Positions 24,257 through 37,336 of a stretch of 64,000 nt of DNA are shown piece after piece; the first letter of the stretch is position 1; the number at the start of each line of letters is the position of its first letter. The stretch comes from Eledone cirrhosa (taxonomy: Eukaryota). The position numbers and the translations under genes are program-made. The notes under the pieces are model-generated. The model ran no database searches. It was not told the DNA's origin and worked only from the letters and a program-made list of their open reading frames with translations. The stretch lies in contig OZ024741.1 of NCBI GenBank assembly GCA_964016885.1, positions 64,170,001-64,234,000 on the forward strand, written 5' to 3'.

Positions 24257-25099
24257 TTAACTGTATACTTTGTGAAAAGTTCTATGGAATTTATGCAGGC
24301 AGATAGAAAACAAATCTGTGCGTCTATTTATTATAGAATCTAGGTTAGAGATAATGGTAAATTTTTCATTTAGGCAGAGATTACAGATTTTAGATAGAGA
24401 GCTGTTCAAGTATGAGGATGCAGAAGAAATCTTCTTCCAAAAGATGGTATATTTAATGTTTTTGTCTTTTAAGGACCATATGAGTTCTGAGAGAGCAGTG
24501 TTAGTTCTTTTAAGTTTGTATTTGAAAGATGAATGATGATTATAGAGACGAGCTTTAAAAGAGGTGGAAGTGGAGCCAAAATAGGTGAAGGAATTGGTGC
24601 TAGTTATAATTTTACATTCATAAATTAAGTTTTTATCGAGACAATGGTTGTTGAGAGGACATTTATTTTTAATGCGGCAGTTGCAATTAGAGAGATTATT
24701 AATGAGTGATCTAGTGTTATCTATAGAAGGAATTGGATTGGAGAAGTTGTTTGCGATAGGAATAATAGGAATAATAGTTTCTTGATTTAGAGTTGGATTA
24801 TGAACATTTAGCGAAGTTGTGTTTGACGTTGTATTTGGGTTTACAGAAGTTAGCCTAGGGTTTACAATGACGTCGGGAGTACTATTACTGTTATTATGAA
24901 ATTCAATATTGGAAGGAAGAGATTTAGTATTTAGTATTTTATTGTTGTGTTTAGAGATGATGTTGGAAATATTGGAGGATGTAGAATACGAAAATTTGAT
25001 GGTGTGTTTGTTAAATATTTTACTATAGATATGTGAGGGAGGGAAGCATTTATTTAAGGCACTAAAGAATAATTTAGGAATATTGTTATTAATAGAGAT
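24257..25099 (-). CDS. Start-less PLE linker plus GIY-YIG frame (absent from the ORF track)
   Basis: Open frame: NIPKLFFSALNKCFPPSHIYSKIFNKHTIKFSYS..CNCRIKNKCPLNNHCLDKNLIY..YFGSTSTSFKAR..CNLCLNEK..ICLHKFHRTFHKVYS*. Confidence 0.82.
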   Translation of the reverse strand: MSINNNIPKLFFSALNKCFPPSHIYSKIFNKHTIKFSYSTSSNISNIISKHNNKILNTKSLPSNIEFHNNSNSTPDVIVNPRLTSVNPNTTSNTTSLNVHNPTLNQETIIPIIPIANNFSNPIPSIDNTRSLINNLSNCNCRIKNKCPLNNHCLDKNLIYECKIITSTNSFTYFGSTSTSFKARLYNHHSSFKYKLKRTNTALSELIWSLKDKNIKYTIFWKKISSASSYLNSSLSKICNLCLNEKFTIISNLDSIINRRTDLFSICLHKFHRTFHKVYS

Positions 25100-25173
25100 G
25101 TTATTAATAGAGATGTTGATTTAAAACTGCACTATCCACAAGTGTTTTTTAGCCTTCATATCATGTTCTCCTG

Positions 25174-25240
25174 TTTTATCTGATGAAAACACAAATATTA
25201 TTGCATGATGATGTTTGTTTTTGAAATGCGCATAATAAAA
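25174..25240 (+). ncRNA. Type I hammerhead
   Basis: ttttat CTGATGA aaacacaaat..gtttgttttt GAAA tgcgca TA ataaaa. Confidence 0.82.
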
Positions 25241-25375
25241 TACATGGAACTCCTTTAACCATCTTTTGATCTTATATTATGCATACTCCAGTCCTACAAA
25301 CTGTAGAGTGCTTCTTATCCGATATCTGCATTGCTTTATTGTACTACAATAAAACTCACCTCCTACATTAAATAA

Positions 25376-25413
<38 letters not shown>

Positions 25414-25505
25414 AACGAGTAGGACCCCGACGGCTGAGCTCAAGCCGTTTCGACGGCTAATTCTGGACGTTATGGTCCACCTGGTTCCTTACCACATTTC
25501 CTTCG

Positions 25506-25560
<55 letters not shown>

Positions 25561-25603
25561 AAAGAAACCAAAGAACGCTTACATACTCAAACAGTCTTTA
25601 TTC

Positions 25604-25648
25604 ACTAACAATGTTTCATCCTCACCTTTAGGTAGGAATCATCAGAGC
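25604..25648 (-). ncRNA. Type I hammerhead in a PLE 3'-end fragment (about 25558-26170) related to 10594-10639
   Basis: gct CTGATGA t-tcct-acc-taaa-ggt-g-agga-t GAAA cattg TT agt; flanking agtctttatt shared with 10587. Confidence 0.72.
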
Positions 25649-26173
25649 TCAACAAATACCGTATTGAGTATAAGCTCCACAATAACTTAGTCACACGAAC
25701 AATCAGAAGAAACAGAAAAAATAATAGGGGATTTGGAGAAAGCTAACAAATAATTTCATGCTGGGGTTACTAAGTATCACTCCAAAATACCAAGGTACGA
25801 TTGGATTCAATAAGATGAAGACACAGTAGATGGCAATCAAAAATGTAGAATTTAAAACCAAAAAGTGTGAAAGCATTAAAAAGTACATAATAAATACATA
25901 AAAATGCATAAAAATACATAAGAAATACATAAAAAATACATTAAAATATATAAAAAGTACATAAGGAAATACAGGCAAATGTTAAAACATAATATAAATT
26001 ATATTAAAGTAATAAAAAATAATAAAAAATATAAAAATAAAGATAAAAATAATAATAGAGATAATATAATTAAATGAAATGAAGAAAAATAAAATGAAAT
26101 AAAGTAAAATAATTAAATAAAAAATATATACTAAAAATAAATTATTATTAATAAAAAATTATTGATTAATTCT

Positions 26174-26448
26174 ATCGTGCAATGCCTGTGCGTGAAGATA
26201 TTTTTTAAAGTGAAGAAAGACTGTGCACTAAGCCAATCCCACTCTCTGAGCGACAGTACCTATAACCCGAAAAGAAGAAAAGATCAACATCATCGGTAAC
26301 TGAGCCGCAGATTTTATATTGGAGTTATCCAAGTTTTCTGAGTTGCCCTCTCCTAGAAAATGCCCTGACAAAGGCTAGGGGTCCGTCCCTCCCAGTGGTT
26401 TAACCGCGCGATCGGGTGTCCAGCCCAACTATTTCTATGTCCCCGCGC
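26174..26448 (-). repeat. About 280-bp dispersed repeat with RTE-type motif (copy 2)
   Basis: Homologous to 1039-1316 over the full length. Confidence 0.6.
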
Positions 26449-26631
26449 ATATACATGTGTATATACTTATTTAGACACTTTTGGATGGCCGTTGACTCTT
26501 ATGAGTTCTTCCGCCCTTTGTCAGGTTTTGTTTTTTTTGTCCTGCAGGGTGTCCAAAATCACCCTCCTCACCAAGTAAACTTGGTGGGGTTGCCAGATTA
26601 GTCACCGACGACCCGACCATGCCACAGGTGG

Positions 26632-26683
<52 letters not shown>

Positions 26684-26693
26684 AATACATGTA

Positions 26694-26731
<38 letters not shown>

Positions 26732-26738
26732 CAAATAC

Positions 26739-26831
<93 letters not shown>

Positions 26832-27373
26832 TATGTATATAATTACATGCATACATTTATTTTTTAAATTAATTGAGTTCTTTACACGAGGAATTGATAT
26901 TAGTTTTGAAATAACTAATTAACCCGCGTGTGTTTTATATTTTACTCTTAATTCGGCCGGAGATTTACATTCCCATTTGCCCTTTAAAGCATAACTTTCC
27001 GTATTTACTAAGGTTACGTGATGCGGTTTCTTATTCAGGTACAACCTCTGTTTTTAGCCTAAGAAAATATCTATATGCGTGTGTAATTTATACACGCATA
27101 TATTTATTTTTTTAATTTCAATTGAGTTCTTAACACGTTGGATTGATAATGTTTTCGAAAAAACTGATTAACCCGCGTGTATATTATTTTTTTCCTCCTT
27201 TCGTGGATCGTAGTTGTCTCCCCTTCCCGCTTAGTGACGCTATAATACTTCCTCAGTCAAAAACTGCTGGAATTTCAAATTTGCCGGTCATTCGATGCGG
27301 GAAGGAGCAACTTAACGGACACGATTTTTAACTGTGGTAAGAAATGTTTTTCTTATATCAAAGTTTATTGGGC

Positions 27374-27498
27374 TTCCACTGATGATTTATAAGCGCCCAC
27401 CTAAATATATTCTTACATGAATGTATATTAGGCTTCTACATAAACTGGAAATATTCTCCGAATTTGTAGAAAACTTATAACGAAACAATTGTTTGGAA
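27374..27498 (+). ncRNA. Type I hammerhead with long branched stem II
   Basis: ttcca CTGATGA t-ttataag [two internal hairpins] cttataa-c GAAA caattg TT tggaa. Confidence 0.75.
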
Positions 27499-27679
27499 AG
27501 AGAGATATATTTTAACTTTAATTATATCTCATAAAATAATACAACTGGCTTTTCCACATAATACATATTGTTAGCACCCCAAACACTTAAATTGGGTTTA
27601 TATTAAAATATAACCTAATGTTTGTTGAGTGAGATGGTTACCAGTCAGAGATTAGCTTTAAGCTATCTCTGTTATTGTA

Positions 27680-27767
<88 letters not shown>

Positions 27768-28196
27768 TTCCCAAACACCAGATAATGTGTAATTTCAAAA
27801 TGTTTGCCTTAATCATGTTAAATGAGATTTACTCTCTTCTTTTCTACAATTCATCTAAGTTGTTTTTCAATATTCCTCATTGCCAAAAGTCATCATGCTC
27901 ACAAGGAACAACATCAAAATATGTTATCAAAATTGTTTCTATTTGACTTCTTCACTTTTTTTTTAAATTATAACTGTGACAGAGTTCTGTATTCCAATCA
28001 GCGAATAATGTTAAATCATTGATCCAAACGACAATACGTAGCAACAAATTAGCTAGTGTGTGTTTTAGTGATAACGATGTATGAGAAGAGAAAGATATTG
28101 ATAGAAAAATGGGGAAAATAGAGTGAAACAAAGAAAGTAAGAATGAGAGAAAACGAATGAAGAATTCATAAATTGCTAGATAGATAGATAGATAGA

Positions 28197-28291
<95 letters not shown>

Positions 28292-28516
28292 GCTGATTGG
28301 TTGATAGATTAAAAAAAAAGATAGAATGAAAGGAAGAAAATCGAAAAAATAAAGAATGAAACAGAAAAGGGTAAGAAAAGAAAAGAAAGAGAACGAAGAA
28401 ACGAAGAGGAAAAAAGAAAGAAGTAAGGAATTGAAAAGAACGAAGAAAAAATGAAACAAACAAACAAGGGAATGAAATGAAAGACATAAAAATGAAACAA
28501 ACAAACAAACAAATGA

Positions 28517-28612
<96 letters not shown>

Positions 28613-29146
28613 AAAAAAGAAATAAGGCAAAATAAAAAAGTTTAGGACTTAGCATATTTGAACCTCGTAGGAGAAAAGCAATGATTGATAGAGACAGGAT
28701 TGGAGATATAGAAATGACGGGGGTGGCTGATATAGAGAATATATATAAAAACATAAAAAAACATAGAAAATATATATAAAAACATATTAAAAAAACATAC
28801 AGAATATATATAAAAACATAAAAAACAGAGAAAATATATAAAAACATAAAAACATTGAGAATATATATAAAAACATATTTAAAAAAGCAGAGGATAGATA
28901 TAAAAAAGGATGGATCTGAGTGAATGAGAGAGAGGGGGAGGGGAGATGAGGAAGGTGAACGAGGAAGAAATAGAGGGTCTAAGGAAGTGAGAGAGGTTTA
29001 GAGAGTGACTGAAATTGAGACTTGGTATGCTCGTGCATAGCTGTGTGCATGTGTCTATATGTGGTGCTGTCTGTGTGTTGATGCATCAATGTGTGCATGT
29101 ATCTGTGTGTGCATATGTCTATGTATGATATGTATAAGTGTTTATG

Positions 29147-29715
29147 TATCTGTGTGTACATATGTATGTGCATATCTCTGTGTACATATGTGTGTACATA
29201 TGTATGTGCATATCTCTGTGTACATATGTGTGTACATATGTGTGTGCATATCTCTGTGTACATATGTGTGTACATATGTATGTGCATATCTCTGTGTACA
29301 TATATGTGTACATATGTATGTGCATATCTCTGTGTACATATGTGTGTACATATGTATGTGCATATCTCTGGGTACATATGTGTGTACATATGTGTGTGCA
29401 TATCTCTGTGTACATATGTGTGTACATATCTCTGTGTACATATGTGTGTACATATGTATGTGCATATCTCTGTGTACATATGTGTGTACATACGTATGTG
29501 CATATCTCTGTGTACATATGTGTGTACATATGTGTGTGCATATCTCTGTGTAGATATGTGTGTACATATGTATGTGCATATCTCTGTGTACATATGTGTG
29601 TGCATATGTATGTGCATATCTCTGTGTACATATGTGTGTACATATGTATGTGCATATCTCTGTGTAGATATGTGTGTACATATGTGTGTGCATATCTCTG
29701 TGTACATATGTGTGT
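29147..29715. repeat. 38-bp minisatellite, about 14-15 copies
   Basis: Unit tatctctgtgtacatatgtgtgtacatatgtatgtgca (starts at 29173, 29211 and onward). Confidence 0.9.
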
Positions 29716-30270
29716 GCTTATTGCTGTGTGCATATGTATGTACATATTTTTGTGTACATATGTATGTATGTGCATATCTGTGTGCACATGTGTGTGCATC
29801 TATGCATACATGTGCATGTGTGTGCATGTTTGTGTGCATGTCTCTATATTTGCATGTGTCTGTATATGCATTTGACTGTGTGCGCATGTATCTGTATGTG
29901 CATGTGTGTGCATTGTGTGTGGGTGTGTCCTTGTGAGCATGTGTGTATGTGCATATGTCTGTATGTATGCATGTATCTGTATGTGCATATGTCTGTATGT
30001 GTGCCTGTATGTACATGTGTCTGTGTATACATGTGTCTGTGTGTACATGTGTCTGTGTGTGGCGGCGGTGGTGGTGGTGGTGGTGGTGGTGATGGCGGCG
30101 GCGGCGGTTGTCACGCGCAAATCAGCCAAACAATCAAAACCAATTTCTACGATTACTAAATTGAAAAGTAAATTGACAATATCTTCTTCGGTGCACAAGT
30201 AAATGATAAAGTAGAAAATCAAACTTTTCCAGTTGTTGTCTTCCTGTTTCTTCTACAACTACAACGGTAC

Positions 30271-30462
30271 GTGATGGGGCCCACCCACAGCCCCGGCGGA
30301 CAGAATGTAGAAGGTGTTCCCCGGAGGACGGCAAGGGAGACGTGCTGGAAAAGCCACTCCAACTCGCGGGGCTCACACCTGCGGCTGGCCAGCTCAGCGC
30401 CTATGGTGGTGAGTAAGGAGGTAGCCCTGGGGCCGAGGACACCAGAAGGCTCCACTGCCAGG
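30271..30462 (-). mobile_element. CRE-like RLE LINE 3' fragment
   Basis: VEPSGVLGPRA..LL..IG..LA.R..EPRE..WLFQHVSLAVLRG matches the C-terminal RLE pattern. Confidence 0.7.
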
Positions 30463-31694
30463 GGTACGATTACTTGTCACTTGATTTTTAATGTATGGCG
30501 TGTTTAGGACTACACGCTACAATATGTCGTTCCTTGCTTTTAGGTGATTTGAGAGTAATTTAGCTTCTAATTCTAGCAGGTTAAACGACTATGCAGTCTT
30601 TTTTTCTTTGCCTCGTTTCTTTCAATATATATATATATATATTTTTTTTTTTTTGCCGTTATCTTTCTAACATTTGTTAGAATATTTTGTCTTGACCAAA
30701 CATCTGCGAGTCTCAATGATGGATTTTCCAAGCTATCTATCTTTCAGTTATAATAAGCTACAAAATCTTCTAATCTTGCATGTATTGTATGTATAAACCC
30801 ATAACTCTTGGTGGAGGCGTAGGGTTACCATAGTGACATACAACATGTCTTCGGCGACATTTTAAACCCATCTCCTCACCAGATCTGAACATAGCCTATT
30901 TCTTCTAGTGAAGAAGGGAGATTGATAGAGAGAAGTGAGAAAGAGATATAGAGGAAGAAATGACCCTATTATTTGGAGTAACTTTTTGTTGACCTCGAAA
31001 TGATAAAAGGAATATTTGACCTCGGCGGATTTAAACTCAGGGTGCAGAGAGTCGGAACAAATAACGCAAAGTATTCTATACGGCGTTCTTAGTCTACAGA
31101 AAAAGTACAGACCGGCGAAGAAACTTATACCAGGGTAGTGGATATTCTAAAACTAGCTGCCAACTCACCCGCATACGACACCCTGCAAATTCAAAAGAAA
31201 TCAAGGTTACTTTGGGTAATATTTTTCTAAATAAGCTGAAAAAAGCATGGCCAGAGGCGCAACTCTTTTGGTAATAACTCTGATCGATGAGCGCTAACAT
31301 GTGACTGAGGTAAAACACTAGTAAATGTATTAACACCACCATTTTGCAAACTTTTTCATCTATAACCTGCTTTTTGAATAGCAATAATGGCTGATAAAAT
31401 ATCTTGTAATTAGTTATTAGAATGTAGCTATAATATATTGTGCTGTATTATCAAATGTAAGCGCATCAAGATGATGTTGATTGTTATGATGGTGGTGATT
31501 ATGATGATCATGATTGTTATGATGATGATGATGAAGGGGATGGTGATGATGATGATGATCATCATCATCACAATCATTATCATCATGGGACGATTATCAT
31601 GATGATAATGATAATAATGAAGATAGTGGTGATAATGATGATGATGAGGAAGAGGAGGATAATGAAGAAGAAGAAGAAGAAGAAGAAGAAGAAG

Positions 31695-31763
<69 letters not shown>

Positions 31764-32589
31764 AACAACAACAACTTTAAAAAGCGGGGAGGGTTAGTAT
31801 AACATAAATAACATGATAGATTAAAGTTGTGTGATCAATAGAATAGTTGGTCAAGCCAATAATATATCGATCTACGACGACTACGACGACGACGATGACG
31901 TAATTTACGTGAAGAACAGGAGATACATAAGATAATAAATATGAATCGTATCGGGATAGTCAGAAAAGATTAAGAAAAAGAGATTTGTTTAGAAATGAAG
32001 AGTGAAAAATGTATGACAAATGAAATAATGAAGAAATGAATTTGTATGTCATGTGGTAAATAGGTCAACATCTAGAAAGTAGCGTTAGCTTCTAGCAAAC
32101 TAAAATATTACACTGAAAATAGGACTAAATTCAGGAAAGAATTAAAAGAGAGAAGGGAAAGAAAATAATGAGTTCAAATAAAAAGAAAACCTTTGTTTAT
32201 CTATTAAACGTTTTTATATATTAAAATGAGTGGTTTGTATCATAAAACCAGGGGAAGATTCAGGCAGGTTGGCATGAAACCTTGTTTGTTTTATTGGGAA
32301 GAGGTTCTTCCGAACCGTTCGGCGCATCGAGCAGTAAGTACTCGCCAACGGGCACGATCAGCGGGGCAAGTCTACGTGTAAAAGCTCGAGATATGTTATA
32401 TGATGACAGCAGCACTAGAGAAGTTATTTGTATGAAAAGAGAAAGAAAGAAATTTGAATCAGAGAAACATGCATTTCGTCTATACGCATGAATCATTCAA
32501 TAGGAATTTTTCAGGAGAGATTATACCTCTATATACCTCTATATAGAGAGTATATCATATAGAGATAGCCTCTATATAGTCATTCGAGC

Positions 32590-33800
32590 TGCTCTGAATA
32601 GCACACTAGATCATGTCATCTTAAGAAAAAGATATATTGCATGATGTAATAATAAATACTCCGTGTCTGTAAATAAAAAAGAGACAGGATTGCCATGAAT
32701 GCAATAAATGTTGATCATAGGACTGCTTAATCAGAGCTGACCTGGAGCTAAAGGACAAGTCGAATTAGGAGTCAAAGAGCGATACACTTGCTAGAAGTAG
32801 CTGTCAAATCTCCCTCCAATCAAAACCTACCACTTTAATAAGAAACGGACAAACTATATAATATAATACTACGTACTCCCAAAACGCAGAGTTTGTCACG
32901 GATGGAATACCTTTGATTATTAGTACACACGCTTAGAGTATAGTATTTCATGAAACTTAATAACAACACGCTGGATGTATCAACAAAGGAAATAGTAACA
33001 GGCATACCTTTACTCGTGGCTACAATATTTTATTTCTAAAATATTATTAATTTAAACATTTTTACAAACTATTCCAATTGATTCAGATACCTATGTCTAA
33101 CCTACGCTAACTGATTGTGTCACAAAGGTGGGCGTGAGGAGAGTGTACGTTGTTGCTAATCCTGCGAGAAAAGCCGTCAAATCTCCCTCAAATCAAACTC
33201 GGTCGTCTTAAAAACTAAAGGACACATTAGACAATGGGATCCTGGGTATGAAAATATACGCACTACGGTCACACCTGGAGTATCTTTGATTATATGTATG
33301 TTCAATCAAGAAATGGTTGGAATTAATCATTAACAATAGCAATAAGATAGACATTTTATATTTCAGTACTCTACATTTTCTGACTAATGTCTAAATTTCA
33401 ATTAGTCTTAATTCAGTCCTGATCAAGAAAACCTGCTCAAATACATTGTAGATGTTACCTTCCCTGTTTTATTCAAACATAGTCTATCTAGAACTACATG
33501 TCACAATGTGTCTTTTATGTTTTAAAGCGATAGGATGCGGTATAAGGTTGTTTATTTTCAGTAAACCGAGCAACTGTTGGGTTATTACGTGTTTTGCTGT
33601 TTATGAACCAGGTAAGCTCTGATCAAAGTCATAACAGCTGGGATAATCTCGTATTTTTTCAAACAGTGTATCTTGGAGAGAAAACAATATCCTTTGTTTT
33701 TACTTATTTGTTTGTTTATTGTTGTTGATATTGTTTATGGCGGTAAAAGTTAATTAGAGAGGTATATGGCTACTATTTCAGGTAGGTTGAGCGATCGTGT
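32590..33800. repeat. Cluster of old diverged copies of a second short interspersed repeat
   Basis: Recurring aaatctccctc.aatcaa...ctttgattat motif at about 32788-32925 and 33162-33345, plus degenerate inverted copies. Confidence 0.45.
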
Positions 33801-33839
33801 AAAGAGCCGCTTGTTTTGTTCTTGTTAACGAAGGAGCAA

Positions 33840-34212
33840 CATCCCCCGAATTTGCTGCTCTTGTGTCTAAATTACAATTCAATATTACTATACCCGATGA
33901 CTAGACATTATTCTGTCTTTCATCCTTAGGGGGTCGATAAAAATAAAGCATCATGAAAGCACTGGGATAATTGCTGGCCTTGTGCCAAAAGTAGAAACAA
34001 TTATTCTATAAGTGAAGAGGGCGGTACATTGGCAGTATCGATAGAGGGTTGGACGCCATGCTTTCCAGCATAGTTACGTCTCTTTACGGTCTGAGTTCAA
34101 ATCCAGTCGAAGTTAACTTTGCCTTTCATCCTTACGGGGTGGATAAAATAAAGTACCAGTAATGTACTGGGATAATTGCTGGCCTTGTGCCAAAAGTAGA
34201 AACAATTATTCT
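33840..34212 (+). mobile_element. Two adjacent SINE copies
   Basis: 34015-34212 near full length (ctgagttcaaatcc, ctttgcctttcatccttacggggtggataaaataaagtaccag); partial copy at 33915-34010. Confidence 0.8.
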
Positions 34213-34573
34213 ATAAGGGAATTGGAAGCATCTGGTTGTGGAGGATTACAGGTTTTATCACCAACAAACATCCATTATACAGGATGCCCCCCAAAAATGT
34301 ATACATGTTTCAACAGCATTCTAATCAAATATGGAAGGACGCCCTATATATATATATAGTCGCCGACTGGGTCTAAATATATTGTTTGCCAGGAGATGAA
34401 GGGGGCCCACCTACATATACAATGCTATTATTTAATTTTTATAATGAATAAATAACATTTCGAAAAATACATAAGTGGAAACAAAACAATGCAATCAAAT
34501 TTTTGCGGAAAAATATCTTACCTTCTCCAATAAAAAGTATTATGTATTTTGCGAAATCCAGAGACTTTTAATA

Positions 34574-35032
34574 ATGACCAGAAGTCGACCCTAAATATTA
34601 CTAATAGCTCTAGGAAAGCCATGAACGACACCACATATTTTAAACTTTGAATTTGAAAGTAGGTTTATAATTATCAATTTTCCCTATGCTTTTGAAGCTG
34701 CCTCGGTGGCCTAGTTGAAGGAATCATAGACGGTGGGCATCCTGGTTTGAAGTTCGATCCTGGTTGGGAATAGGATTCCCGGTAAACCTTTTCAGTTTTT
34801 TTCTATTAGTTGTAAAATAAAAACTGAAAAAGGTACCTCTTGACGGGGATTGAACACAAGGTCAGGATTTCACCGACTCTAGTACCTACAGCTAGGCCAC
34901 GGAGACAACTTCGAAATTCTTATGAAAATTCATACTTATAAATCTACTTTCAAAATTTTCAAAACAGAGTGTTGTGCCGTTCATGTCTTTTTTAATGTTA
35001 TTGCTCCTACGTAAGGTCGACTTCTAAATCAT
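34574..35032. mobile_element. Old fold-back element with a tRNA-like segment in each arm
   Basis: gaagtcgacc (34581) / ggtcgacttc (35015) and diverged complementarity throughout; A/B-box-like segments at 34699-34770 (+) and 34838-34906 (-). Confidence 0.6.
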
Positions 35033-35147
35033 TTGTAAGTTCCATAAACTACATCCTCATTTTGTTTCTCATCTATCTAGACTACATTTTAACCTGTAAT
35101 CCATGTTTCATTTCTGTTCCACCTTATTTCTCCCCCTCCTCTCTCTC

Positions 35148-35178
<31 letters not shown>

Positions 35179-35267
35179 GATATTTGAATCTACTATGATT
35201 TGGGCTTACCTTATTCCTATATATATGTTTTTTCATGTCAGTTAAATTAAAACTTACAATTATTGGC

Positions 35268-35319
<52 letters not shown>

Positions 35320-35430
35320 GTATTTTGCAATATACTTTATGCTTAATTAAAAGCATTTTGAAGACCGTAAGCTATTGTTTTAAAGTAGTGACAAATTCAC
35401 TCACTTTGATCTCAGCAAACAGGGGAGATA

Positions 35431-35473
35431 AGCCGACATACATGTTTCGCTTTTGTTGAAGCTTATCAAGGCC
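35431..35473 (-). ncRNA. Type I hammerhead, U3-A8 core variant
   Basis: ggcc TTGATAA gctt-caacaa-aagc GAAA catgtatg TC ggct. Confidence 0.8.
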
Positions 35474-35928
35474 AACTACCCCGCCTGTCTACTGAGATCA
35501 ATGATGTTATATTCTTATAGAAATCTAGTAAATAATCAGGAGCTGATTATGCAGAGCGGTTGTTGGTCAGGCAGAAATTAAAAATTAGAATTGGAGCTCT
35601 GAAATAGCAATATATATATGGATGTATCAACAAAAGCGAAACATGTGTTGTCGGCTTATCTCCCCTGTTTGCTGAGATCAAAGTGAGTGAATTTGTCACT
35701 ACTTTAAAACAATAGCTTACGGTCTTCAAAATGCTTTTAATTAAGCATAAAGTGTATTGCAAAATACATTATATATACATCCATATATATATTGCTATTT
35801 CAGAGCTCCAATTCTAATTTTTAATTTCTGCCTGACCAACAACCGCTCTGCATAATCAGCTCCTGATTATTTACTAGATTTCTATAAGAATATAACATCA
35901 TTGATCTCAGTAGACAGGCGGGGTAGTT

Positions 35929-35972
35929 GGCCTTGATAAGCTTCAACAAAAGCGAAACATGTATTGTCGGCT
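35929..35972 (+). ncRNA. Type I hammerhead, U3-A8 core variant
   Basis: ggcc TTGATAA gctt..aagc GAAA ca-tgtat-tg TC ggct; GUC triplet. Confidence 0.8.
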
Positions 35973-36133
35973 TATCTCCCCTGTTTGCTGAGATCAAAGT
36001 GAGTGAATTTGTCACTACTTTAAAACAATAGCTTACGGTCTTCAAAATGCTTTTAATTAAGAATAAAGTGTATTGCAAAATACATTATATATACATCCAT
36101 ATATATATTGCTATTTCAGAGCTCCAATTCTAA

Positions 36134-36293
<160 letters not shown>

Positions 36294-36305
36294 TTAATAT
36301 AGATG

Positions 36306-36356
36306 AGATTCTACAGGACTAGAACTGTTTCATTCATTAGAAATCATCAGGCGTCT
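36306..36356 (-). ncRNA. Type I hammerhead (left arm, stem I partly mutated)
   Basis: Reverse complement of 37002-37052 with two changes in stem I. Confidence 0.65.
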
Positions 36357-37001
36357 GGGTATCAAAAAATAAAAATGGTATTTATAGGTCTCTACAAGTG
36401 GTAGGAGAGGGTGGGGAGTGGGATGGGTGCAGGTCATTGGTTGATAGAAAAGGGAATTCATTAAAAGCTAAATCTACAAAGCTATAGTTTATTTTTATTT
36501 ATTTATGTTTTTATGTTTTTGTGTTTTTGTGTTTTTTTGTTTTTTTGTGAATGTGTCTGTTGATTTTTGGCATATAGCTGATTAGTTTAAGAGAAGTTCG
36601 AAGATAATGGTAAGATATGCACTCAGTATTTTGAATCTGTCTACAGAATTCTCTAGACCTTTGTCACTTAGTAGAACCTTAATGATTTTAGCTTTTAAAG
36701 AATCTCCCTTTTCTTTAATTCTATCGACCATGACTGACCCCCCACTGATTTTATAGACATCTGTTAGCTTAAGAGAAACTTAATGACAAGGAATGGTATG
36801 CCATCCGGAACCTGTTTATAGAATTCTGTCTGACCTTGTTACTCTAAAAACATAAATAAATAAAAATAAACTATAGCTTTGTAGATTTAGCTTTTAATGA
36901 ATTCCCTTTTCTATCAACCAATGACCTGCACCCATCCCACTCCCCACCCTCTCCTACCACTTGTAGAGACCTATAAACACCATTTTTATTTTTTGATACC
37001 C

Positions 37002-37052
37002 AGATTCCTGATGATTTCTAATGAATGAAACAGTTCTAGTCCTGTAGAATCT
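37002..37052 (+). ncRNA. Type I hammerhead
   Basis: agattc CTGATGA t-ttc-taat-gaa-t GAAA cag..ctg TA gaatct. Confidence 0.8.
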
Positions 37053-37135
37053 CATCTATATTAAAACTTTTATACTCTGCTATGTATTGAGTACCTTACT
37101 TACTGTGGTTACCTCCGATTCAACCCGGAATAACG

Positions 37136-37237
<102 letters not shown>

Positions 37238-37336
37238 TATATACATACAGTGGCGGACTAGGTCTACAAATATTGGTTGCCAGATGAAGGGGGCCCACCT
37301 ACATATAGAATGCTATCATTTAATTTTTATAATGAA

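Larger units (their letters stand above)
23148..25380. mobile_element. Naiad-like PLE: long minus arm (about 23155-25110) plus short plus arm with tail (25113-25380) in (TA)n
   Basis: 23155-23325 is the reverse complement of 25113-25283; GIY-YIG frame on the minus strand; hammerhead in each arm. Confidence 0.88.

Noticed and set aside
28979-30016. Long overlapping His/Thr/Tyr/Cys ORFs and CRISPR-like regularity
   Set aside because: 38-bp minisatellite with no unique spacers and open in several frames; no cas genes; eukaryotic context.
34699-34770. Functional tRNA gene
   Set aside because: A/B-box-like motifs only; cloverleaf does not close.
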